A DNA stretch of 64,000 bases from Antedon mediterranea (taxonomy: Eukaryota > Animalia > Echinodermata): assembly GCF_964355755.1 (NCBI RefSeq), contig NC_092672.1:18055237-18119236 (forward strand), written 5' to 3'. Every line of letters starts with the position of its first letter. The stretch's first letter is position 1. Made by a program: the position numbers and the translations under genes. This document shows, one piece after another, positions 1 to 10,151 of this stretch. The notes beneath the pieces are model-generated. The model was not told the DNA's origin. It made no database searches and worked only from the letters and a program-made list of their open reading frames with translations.

Positions 1-47
1 TATAATATTAACTACTATATTAGCACTTTTTGCGTTTCATAGTTTTT

Positions 48-238
48 AGAGGCCGAGTTGACGGATTAGTTTTTGGCCGAGTTGACGTGAGGCCGAGTTG
101 ACTTGAGGCCGAGTTGACGTGGGGCCGAGTTGATGTGGGGCCGAGGTGACGTGGGGCCGAGTTGACTTGGGGCCGACTTGACGTGGGGCCGACTTGACTT
201 TGGCCGAGACGGTTTAGGGCCGAGTTGGATCGAAACCC
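48..238. repeat. Tandem 15-16 bp GGCCGAGTTGACGTGG-type repeats, probably the subterminal array and terminus (..GAAACCC) of a Mutator/foldback-like element
   Basis: About 11 degenerate GGCCGAGTTGAC copies ending in TTGGATCGAAACCC; the other end is not in the window. Confidence 0.55.
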
Positions 239-299
239 AACAGTAACATTTTAGTAGTATTGACATTGACAAAATATATTAAAATTGAACGTAATTTGT

Positions 300-1360
300 A
301 AAGTTAAAAGTGAATTTCTCGCCGTCGCCATTCCAGAATCGAATGCGTTCGATCTTCATGACAATGACAATGATTCTTTATTTCTTTATCGACCCTTTTT
401 CAGGGTATGAAAGAACATTCTTTCAATCTTATACAGAAACAAACTAAACACTTCCAGACATAAATATTTGGTCTTAAACATAATTGATGATATATCGAAA
501 AGCAACATCTAACTAAAACAAATACAAAATATTATGAATAAATTTAGCTAAGTTTGATATTTTTTGGGGGAGATCTGGTATTAGAAACGACAGAAACAGA
601 CACGGTGGTGGTGTTCTGATAGCATGCAAAAATTCCATAGATGTAATACCTGTGGACATTGACACAAATATTGAGATTCAACTGGCTGAAATCCGAAACT
701 CGAAACATCCGAATAAAATGTATAAGTGGAAAAAATACAGAAAATTTAGTAACGCATTGCGTGAAACTACGAGAAAGTCTCATTATGATTACGGTACCTC
801 CATAATCTTAGTTTAGGCTGTAAATTTAATCCTAAACGATTTTGGTCATATGTTAAGAAAAAACGAAAATGTGCAACAGAAAGAAAGTATATTTACACGG
901 CAATATCATAGATTCAGATTTAAATGCTACTAAAGCATTTTCGATATATTCTCAGTCTAATTTTACTGAAGATAATGATGATTTCAATGTAAGAAACGAA
1001 ACATCTTATTGTAATCACAGTGAAATTGTCTTACCTTTAACTAGTATTTTCATCAATAGGGATCCAATGTTCCGTGCCCTGTTATCTTTAGATACTAATA
1101 AATCCCCTGGACCCGATGGGATTACCCCTATGATGTTGAGTATGGCTGCACCTGTTGTATCCACAATTTTGCTTAAGATTTTTCAAATGTCCCTTGACCA
1201 AGGCATTGTGGTGAAGGAATGGAAATTGGCCAATGTTGTGCCAATTTTTGTTGGTAAAGTTCTAGAACGTATTGTGGCTGATAATTTTTTATTTCATCTT
1301 CAATGTAATGCGTTTGTTAGTCCTGTACAGCACGGGTTCTATCCTGGAAGATCTTGTGTT
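300..1360 (+). mobile_element. Degenerate CR1/L2-type LINE ORF2, 5' part (endonuclease remnant and RT N-terminus)
   Basis: RNDRNRHGGGVLIA at ~580-625; KSPGPDGI, WKLANVVPIF and QHGFYPGRSC in ORF 869-1390; 5' limit approximate. Confidence 0.85.
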
Positions 1361-2520
1361 AGTAGTATAGTTCCCCGTTCAGTCCAATGAATAATTCATA
1401 AATTAATTAATGAATATTAATATATTAATTATGAGTGTACTATTTATGAATAATTAATTAGGGGGTAGTTTTATGAATATTTAATAATTAAAATGGTATT
1501 ATTTTTTAATAAATGAATAAATTAATTTGTTTAGCGATCTCAGTCCAATGAAGAAGTAATAAGATGTTTTAATATTCATGAATATTAATATATTTTTATT
1601 AATATGAGGGGTGTTTTAATGAATAATTAGTAAATGAGTGATAGTTTTACGTATAATTTTTAAACGTAATACATGTATTACATGATGTTTAAATAAATAT
1701 TTACATTTAAATATTAAAGACAATGTGCTTACCTTCATTGAGAAGTCTGATGTACAGTTTAATGAATAAAATCCACAAGTTTAATCAGCTTTGATTACTG
1801 TTTTTTATGTTTGTATAAGGAATCATAACATCAATTCGCTGTCTTTCCATGGAATTAGTTTACATGTGAGGCGTGGACAGGTCATTTTTTGTAATTCTGT
1901 GATTTTAGCGGGTATGTGACGTCATCCGGCAATGAACCAATAAGATTCCTTATAAGCATAATGCTAATGAAATTAGAATTCGTTGTCCTTGTTGAGATAT
2001 TCAAAGATATTAAAAGTTATTTAATTATTTTATTAGTTTTTTATCCTTTTGTTTTTTCGTTTAGTTAAATAACCGCATTATTTTTTAAGGGTATTCCTTC
2101 AATATATAAAGATGGTAATAAATAAATAAATAAATAAAAATTAAAAATAATGTGCTTACCTTCATTGAGAAGTCTGATATTATAGTATATTTTAATGAAT
2201 AAAATCTACAAGTTTAATCAGCTTTGATTACTGCTTTTTTTATATGTTTGTATAAGAACAAAATCATAACATCAATCCGCTGTCTATTTTTTCAAATCCT
2301 GTGATTTTAGAGGGTATGTGACGTCATCAGGCAATGAACCAATAAGATTCCTTATAAACATAGTGCTAATGAATTAATCTACCAATCATAATTCGTTGTT
2401 TTTGTAAGCGTAGCGATCTCAGTCCAATGAATAAGTAATGAGATGTTTTAATATTCGATCGTGAATATTAATATATTTTTATTAATATGAGAGTGTTTTA
2501 ACGAATACTTAGTAATTGCG
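1361..2520. repeat. Left terminal region with internal direct duplications (probable original TIR)
   Basis: AT-rich ATGAATA-rich end; ~1533-1640 repeated at ~2411-2520; ~1722-1990 repeated at ~2149-2400; inner limit of the original TIR cannot be fixed. Confidence 0.6.
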
Positions 2521-2704
2521 TTGGTATTTATTCTATGAATTATTGAATTAAGTATGATATATGTAAATTGTTTTATTTTTAACACGGTACCTGATTTACT
2601 ATATATATATACAGATTGTTAATTTGAAAACAGTACAGTTTTCCTGCTTTAGATTTTTAACATTTAGTCATCTGTTCTTTATCCTGCTGTTATTATCTAT
2701 CAGG

Positions 2705-3397
2705 ATGAATTCTACTCAAAATCAATCCGGTAGTAAGAGAGTTTTTTCTTCTTCAAAAGGACAGAGTCCTGTATCTAATCGAGTAAAGATACACAAAGTT
2801 TCACATCAACACGGCACAGCAGTACCTTCAAATTGTATGACGTGTTTAATGGCGATTCAACCTCCACCTCCAATGAACGTTGATTTCAATAATGTATCTA
2901 ATACTGAAGAAGACGAACATTATAGATCGAGAATAATTTCTGAAGAGGAGAGGATTGTATACGACGACACGTCATCGGTAGTTGACTACCACCTATTTCT
3001 GGCAAGAAAATCCGATGTAGAAGATGAGGTAGAAGATGAGGTGTTTGCAGAAGAGTACCTGAACCCTGTGCTGGAGGCGGAGATTAAGAAAGAAACTACC
3101 GAACTTGAGTACAAAGAAATAATGAGAACAATTGAGAAGGTTTTCATAGAAGAATTTATGTTCATTCTGAAGGACATGGTTGAACGTTATAACTTTCACG
3201 GCTCAAGATATGAACAACTCTTAACATTTTTTCGACCAATTCTGGCATTGAAACTTGTGGACAATAGCGCTACCCATTTTGAATGGGCGCTAAACTACTT
3301 TCATTTACGTTGTATCAATGTTGATGCGTTCGATAAAGCCATAAAGTTGATTACAAATGATTCAGAGCTTTTTAATAAGATTCTTTACCAATTGTAA
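2705..3397 (+). CDS. Orphan Polinton cargo protein, ~230 aa (acidic middle, helical C-terminus), left copy
   Basis: Open frame from first ATG 2705 (the track starts at TTG 2624); TATA-like run at ~2599-2611; duplicated in the right arm with 2 aa changes; no family recognised. Confidence 0.6.
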   Translation: MNSTQNQSGSKRVFSSSKGQSPVSNRVKIHKVSHQHGTAVPSNCMTCLMAIQPPPPMNVDFNNVSNTEEDEHYRSRIISEEERIVYDDTSSVVDYHLFLARKSDVEDEVEDEVFAEEYLNPVLEAEIKKETTELEYKEIMRTIEKVFIEEFMFILKDMVERYNFHGSRYEQLLTFFRPILALKLVDNSATHFEWALNYFHLRCINVDAFDKAIKLITNDSELFNKILYQL

Positions 3398-3652
3398 TTT
3401 GTACAAATTTAAAATAATATCTTAACACTTTTTTAATTAATGTTACATAATTTTATAATTCTTATTTCTTTTCGGTAAATTTATTATTATTATGGTTATA
3501 ATTTATATTGAAATAGAATGCGTGTTAAAATAAAGGTTGTGTTTTTTTCTTTTAAAAGCAACAACAACAAAAATGAAATTTGATCTTTGCGTGTTATTTA
3601 AGTATTTGATTTATTTTTTTAATTTTCATTTGGGTGAATGAGGGTAATGAAT

Positions 3653-3876
3653 ATGGATGAGTACTTAAGAAAAGTATATTAAGATCCTAAGCATCCTGAT
3701 AGTTTTGGTGGTGTGGACCGACTTTATCAAAATGTAAAAGACGATTTAAATATTACCAAGAGACAAGTTCAAGACTGACTGAACAAGCAATACATTACAC
3801 ACATCCATACAACGTAAATTCAAACAAAACTGGGTACTTGTAAGTGCTATTGATGAACAATAGGGAATGGATTTGG
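3653..3876 (+). pseudogene. Polinton integrase N-terminal remnant, left copy
   Basis: MDEYLRKVY*DPKHPDSFGGVDRLY...ITKRQVQD*LNKQ then RKFKQNWVLVSAIDEQ*GMDL, resembling the Polinton integrase YYDP..SFGG / WL..Q / IDEQWQADL region; contains stops. Confidence 0.8.
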
Positions 3877-4060
3877 AAAAATAACGTGTATAAAATTTGA
3901 TTCAGACAAACTGTTTGCAAAATCAAAGGTTTGACTCTAGATTTCCAAAAATCAAAGGAAGTCAATTTTGAAATAGTTGGTAGCATGGTACGAGGAATCG
4001 GACTGGAAAAAATAACAACAACTAATCCTAACAAAATAACCCGTAAACCAAAATCTCACT
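3877..4060 (+). pseudogene. Protein-primed family B DNA polymerase C-terminal remnant, left copy
   Basis: KNNVYKI*FRQTVCKIKGLTLDFQKSKEVNFEIVGSMV...NPNKITR resembles the Polinton pPolB KNY..CKxKGITL..INF..NP.KI.R tail. Confidence 0.7.
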
Positions 4061-5151
4061 TAATATTTATTTTGTATTATAAATTTGTAAAAGTAGTTAC
4101 CCTATTTTAATTCATGGTAAATTTATTTTTCGAATTAATTTAATTTGTTTTATTTTCTGTTGAATTTTTATTATTATTATGTTTGTAAAGTGTATTGCAA
4201 TAGATTTGTTTAATAAAATAAATTAATTATGTTTTGACTTAATTTATGTCAGTGTAAATTTGTAAAAGTAGTTTTCCTATTTTAATTCATGATAAGTTTA
4301 TTTCTTGACTTTACTTAATTTTTTTCTTTTCTGTTGAAGTAGAATGTGTATTGAAATACATTTTGTTTTTAACATCAACAACAAAAAATGAAATTTTATC
4401 TTTGCGTGTTGTTTAATTCGTGTATGATGTTTTTCTAATTTATTTAAAAAAAAAAAAAAAAAAGAAAACAAGTTTTTGAATTTGTTAAATGTAATTGCAA
4501 ACATACAAAATAAATGATTGCGATTAAAAATTATATTTTGTAAAGTGTATTACAATAGAATGTGTATTGAAATACATTTTGTTTTTAACGTCAACAACAA
4601 AAATGAAATTTGATCTTTGCGTGTTGTTTAACTCGTGTATGAAGTTTTTGAATTTGTTAAATGTAATTGCAAACATACATATTAAATGATTGTGATTAAA
4701 AATATTCTGTTTACTTTTTATTTTTTATTTTAAACAGTAGTATTTTTAACAGTAGTTATATTTTATATATAATAAGTAATATTACAAAAATAAACATACA
4801 AAATGTATAAAGTATAGACTTATTAAATTTAAATACAATTTCTTTTTTTCAAAATGAATTTCATTTTATACGTGTTTTCAATTTTAAATCTTTTAAGAAA
4901 GACACAATACGTACTGATATAAAAACGCACACAAAAGGAAACAAATTTGAGACGCACGGTTTGTAACGACACTTTCAATAAGAAGGCATATTATAAATGT
5001 ATTTTTACAAAATTTATAAAGTAAATGTTTATTATTGAGAAATATACATTTTAGATAAATGATAACACATCTAAAAGTAATTAGAGAGATCAATACAATA
5101 TGGTGTTCATAATAATTTGTTTTGATGACTAGACGAAACATCTGAAGACAT

Positions 5152-5716
5152 TCAACGAAAAACAAGCGTTAACACCATACCAGTCACTAAAAATGCCACT
5201 GCTTTGAAAAAAACATCTCCCTTCCTACACAGAGACAAATTCTGAACGAAAATAATAAATAAAAATAATTAGTAAACAAAACACGCGCATTATAAATAAA
5301 ATGAATAATTTAAGAATATTTGTTAAACTACCCACGAACAAAAAACGAAACATACTAACCGACTCATCGTCATTACGAAGTTCAAATAACGAAAACTTTT
5401 CCTTGAAAAATCCACAGGAGACACGTTTTACATTTTCTAACTGCAATTCAGTGTCACATTGTGTCGCAACACATGTACATACAACGAGTCCTGTCACAAG
5501 TCTGCCGACGTTTATTTTTCTATCGCTCATCATTTGTTCTAATACATAATACAGCGCTTCCAAAGAAATATCTTTACACAATTCTAACACATTAAAATTG
5601 TTTTCCAACTCTTTACAAGCACGAATAGTACTCTGGAGGATGGGTGAATCCAAAACAACTAACCCCGTCAATTTATATTCAATGTATGCTAAAACTACTT
5701 CCTCTAAATCAACCAT
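5152..5716 (-). CDS. Bcl-2-like protein, spliced (exons 5716-5360 and 5241-5152), 148 aa, left copy
   Basis: Mirror of 7140-7704; BH4-like EEVVLAYIEYKL, BH3-like IRACKELE, BH1-like EQMMSDRKINVGRLVT, C-terminal TM in exon 2. Confidence 0.7.
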
Positions 5717-6251
5717 AACGCTCGACAAAACAAATGATAATGGATGTAATTACCAAGAAAGTTACAACTTAAAACCTTTATTTTTGTTTTTAAAAGAAGT
5801 TGTAACATAGAAACTAATTTTGTCCGGAAATGTGTTTTTATTATTTATGTGATTTATTTGTGTTTAGAAAGTTACAACATTAACATTTAATTTGGTAAAA
5901 AAATGTGAATAACCCATTGTTCCGACAGAAGCTAATGATATTTACAAAGGATGACACACTTTGAATAGAATAAATACCGTATAACATAATTAAATTTTGT
6001 CAAGATAGTTGTCAAAAATAAATAAAATATATTATACTGAATTTACTTTGTACATTTATTTAATTTAGGCCGTAATTAGGTTTATTGTTCATTTATGATT
6101 GTGAAAAAAAAAAAAAATACATACTAATAAAACAGCATAGGCCTATAAAAAAAGTAAAAAAAAAAATAATGATTCAGTGTTATAATTTTATTTACCTGTC
6201 ATTATGTTAATAAAACATATTTAAATTTAATTTATGTCATGTTAGATATAT

Positions 6252-6466
6252 TTTCAAGGACATTTGTTACATACAAATAATTTTGTAAAGAAATTTGTTA
6301 CATAAGATAAATTTGTTAAGAAGTTTGTTTCATAAAAATATTTGTGAAGATAAATTTGTTACATAAAAATAATTTTGTAAAGAAATTTGTTACAAAAATT
6401 TATTTTTTACAAGAAGTTTGTAACAGAAAATTATTTTGCAAAGAATTAGTTGCATCAATTGATTTT
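6252..6466. repeat. Non-palindromic central spacer made of degenerate TTTGTTACATAAAAATAATTTTGTAAAGAAA-like direct repeats
   Basis: Arm complementarity ends at 6251/6467; repeated TTTGTTAC/TTTGTAA units. Confidence 0.7.
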
Positions 6467-7139
6467 ATATATCTAACATGAAATAAATTAAATTTAAATA
6501 TGTTTTATTAACATAATGACAGGTAAATAAAATTATAACACTGAATCATTATTTTTTTTTTTACTTTTTTTATAGGCCTATGCTGTTTTATTAGTATGTA
6601 TTTTTTTTTTTTCACAATCATAAATGAACAATAAACCTAATTACGGCCTAAATTAAATAAATGTACAAAGTAAATTCAGTATAATATATTTTATTTATTT
6701 TTGACAACTATCTATCAAAATTTAATTATGTTATACGGTATTTATTCTATTCAAAGTGTGTCATCCTTTGTAAATGTCATTAGCTTCTGTCGGAACAATG
6801 GGTTTCTTTTCTTTGATCATGTAGATTTCCAATTTCAATCCATTTCTATATGTCTAATCTGCAATCATTAATTTCCGTTCGCTCTTTTTTTGTTTATAAA
6901 ATCTCTCACTATACTAAGGATTAAAAATTACAATCGGCTCCGTATATTCACATTTTTTTACCAAATTAAATGTTAATGTTGTAACTTTCTAAACACAAAT
7001 AAATCACATAAATAATAAAAACACATTTCCTGACAAAATTAGTTTCTATGTTACAACTTCTTTTAAAAACAAAAATAAAGGTTTTAAGTTGTAACTTTCT
7101 TGGTAATTACATCCATTATCATTTGTTTTGTCGAGCGTT

Positions 7140-7704
7140 ATGGTTGATTTAGAGGAAGTAGTTTTAGCATACATTGAATATAAATTGACGGGGTTAGTTG
7201 TTTTGGATTCACCCATCCTCCAGAGTACTATTCGTGCTTGTAAAGAGTTGGAAAACAATTTTAATGTGTTAGAATTGTGTAAAGATATTTCTTTGGAAGC
7301 GCTGTATTATGTATTAGAACAAATGATGAGCGATAGAAAAATAAACGTCGGCAGACTTGTGACAGGACTCGTTGTATGTACATGTGTTGCGACACAATGT
7401 GACACTGAATTGCAGTTAGAAAATGTAAAACGTGTCTCCTGTGGATTTTTCAAGGAAAAGTTTTCGTTATTTGAACTTCGTAATGACGATGAGTCGGTTA
7501 GTATGTTTCGTTTTTTGTTCGTGGGTAGTTTAACAAATATTCTTAAATTATTCATTTTATTTATAATGCGCGTGTTTTGTTTACTAATTATTTTTATTTA
7601 TTATTTTCGTTCAGAATTTGTCTCTGTGTAGGAAGGGAGATGTTTTTTTCAAAGCAGTGGCATTTTTAGTGACTGGTATGGTGTTAACGCTTGTTTTTCG
7701 TTGA
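7140..7704 (+). CDS. Bcl-2-like protein, spliced (exons 7140-7496 and 7615-7704), 148 aa, right copy
   Basis: ATG 7140; BH4/BH3/BH1-like motifs; donor GTTAGT 7497, branch-like TACTAAT 7582, acceptor TTCAG 7614; exon 2 reads NLSLCRKGDVFFKAVAFLVTGMVLTLVFR* (tail anchor). Confidence 0.7.
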
Positions 7705-8795
7705 ATGTCTTCAGATGTTTCGTCTAGTCATCAAAACAAATTATTATGAACACCATATTGTATTGATCTCTCTAATTACTTTTAGATGTGTTATCATTTA
7801 TCTAAAATGTATATTTCTCAATAATAAACATTTACTTTATAAATTTTGTAAAAATACATTTATAATATGCCTTCTTATTGAAAGTGTCGTTACAAACCGT
7901 GCGTCTCAAATTTGTTTCCTTTTGTGTGCGTTTTTATATCAGTACGTATTGTGTCTTTCTTAAAAGATTTAAAATTGAAAACACGTATAAAATGAAATTC
8001 ATTTTGAAAAAAAGAAATTGTATTTAAATTTAATAAGTCTATACTTTATACATTTTGTATGTTTATTTTTGTAATATTACTTATTATATATAAAATATAA
8101 CTACTGTTAAAAATACTACTGTTTAAAATAAAAAATAAAAAGTAAACAGAATATTTTTAATCACAATCATTTAATATGTATGTTTGCAATTACATTTAAC
8201 AAATTCAAAAACTTCATACACGAGTTAAACAACACGCAAAGATCAAATTTCATTTTTGTTGTTGACGTTAAAAACAAAATGTATTTCAATACACATTCTA
8301 TTGTAATACACTTTACAAAATATAATTTTTAATCGCAATCATTTATTTTGTATGTTTGCAATTACATTTAACAAATTCAAAAACTTGTTTTCTTTTTTTT
8401 TTTTTTTTTTAAATAAATTAGAAAAACATCATACACGAATTAAACAACACGCAAAGATAAAATTTCATTTTTTGTTGTTGATGTTAAAAACAAAATGTAT
8501 TTCAATACACATTCTACTTCAACAGAAAAGAAAAAAATTAAGTAAAGTCAAGAAATAAACTTATCATGAATTAAAATAGGAAAACTACTTTTACAAATTT
8601 ACACTGACATAAATTAAGTCAAAACATAATTAATTTATTTTATTAAACAAATCTATTGCAATACACTTTACAAACATAATAATAATAAAAATTCAACAGA
8701 AAATAAAACAAATTAAATTAATTCGAAAAATAAATTTACCATGAATTAAAATAGGGTAACTACTTTTACAAATTTATAATACAAAATAAATATTA

Positions 8796-9203
8796 AGTGA
8801 GATTTTGGTTTACGGGTTATTTTGTTAGGATTAGTTGTTGTTATTTTTTCCAGTCCGATTCCTCGTACCATGCTACCAACTATTTCAAAATTGACTTCCT
8901 TTGATTTTTGGAAATCTAGAGTCAAACCTTTGATTTTGCAAACAGTTTGTCTGAATCAAATTTTATACACGTTATTTTTCCAAATCCATTCCCCATTGTT
9001 CATCAATAGCACTTACAAGTACCCAGTTTTGTTTGAATTTACGTTGAATGGATGTGTGTAATGTATTGCTTGTTCAGTCAGTCTTGAACTTGTCTCTTGG
9101 TAATATTTAAATCGTCTTTTACATTTTGATAAAGTCGGTCCACACCACCAAAACTATCAGGATGCTTAGGATCTTAATATACTTTTCTTAAGTACTCATC
9201 CAT
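8796..9203 (-). pseudogene. Fused integrase N-terminal / pPolB C-terminal remnant, right copy
   Basis: Mirror of 3653-4060; keeps IDEQWGMDL (TGG) where the left copy has TAG. Confidence 0.75.
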
Positions 9204-9458
9204 ATTCATTACCCTCATTCACCCAAATGAAAATTAAAAAAATAAATCAAATACTTAAATAACACGCAAAGATCAAATTTCATTTTTGTTGTTGTTGCTT
9301 TTAAAAGAAAAAAACACAACCTTTATTTTAACACACATTCTATTTCAATATAATTTATAACCATAATAATAATAAATTTACCGAAAAGAAATAAGAATTA
9401 TAACATTATGTAACATTAATTAAAAAAGTGTTAAGATATTATTTTAAATTTGTACAAA

Positions 9459-10151
9459 TTACAATTGGTAAAGAATCTTATTAAAAAGCTCTGAATCATT
9501 TGTAATCAACTTTATGGCTTTATCGAACGCATCAACATTGATACAACGTAAATGAAAGTAGTTTAGCGCCCATTCAAAATGGGTAGCGCTATTGTCCACA
9601 AGTTTCAATGCCAGAATTGGTCGAAAAAATGTTAAGAGTTGTTCATATCTTGAGCCGTGAAAGTTATAACGTTCAACCATGTCCTTCAGAATGAATATAA
9701 ATTCTTCTATGAAAACCTTCTCAATTGTTCTCATTATTTCTTTGTACTCAAGTTCGGTAGTTTCTTTCTTAATCTCCGCCTCCAGCACAGGGTTCAGGTA
9801 CTCTTCTGCAAACACCTCATCTTCTACCTCATCTTCTACATCGGATTTTCTTGTCAGAAATAGGTGGTAGTCAACTACCGATGACGTGTCGTCGTATACA
9901 ATCCTCTCCTCTTCAGAAATTATTCTCGATCTATAATGTTCGTCTTCTTCAGTATTAGATACATTATTGAAATCAACGTTCATTGGAGGTGGAGGTTGAA
10001 TCGCCATTAAACACGTCATACAATTTGAAGGTACTGCTGTGCCGTGTTGATGTGAAACTTTGTGTATCTTTACTCGATTAGATACAGGGCTCTGTCCTTT
10101 TGAAGAAGAAAAAACTCTCTTACTACCGGATTGATTTTGAGTAGAATTCAT
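9459..10151 (-). CDS. Orphan Polinton cargo protein, ~230 aa, right copy
   Basis: Mirror of 2705-3397 with A>T and M>I differences. Confidence 0.6.
   Translation of the reverse strand: MNSTQNQSGSKRVFSSSKGQSPVSNRVKIHKVSHQHGTAVPSNCMTCLMAIQPPPPMNVDFNNVSNTEEDEHYRSRIISEEERIVYDDTSSVVDYHLFLTRKSDVEDEVEDEVFAEEYLNPVLEAEIKKETTELEYKEIMRTIEKVFIEEFIFILKDMVERYNFHGSRYEQLLTFFRPILALKLVDNSATHFEWALNYFHLRCINVDAFDKAIKLITNDSELFNKILYQL

Noticed and set aside
4298-5165. 68-aa and 90-aa ORFs in the palindrome arms (and mirrors at 7691-8558)
   Set aside because: Low-complexity AT-rich sequence with no motifs; duplicated only because of the palindrome
7497-7631. Unspliced hydrophobic C-terminus of the 167-aa ORF as the true protein end
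   Set aside because: The segment is T-rich with donor, branch and acceptor signals; the spliced form gives a cleaner tail anchor
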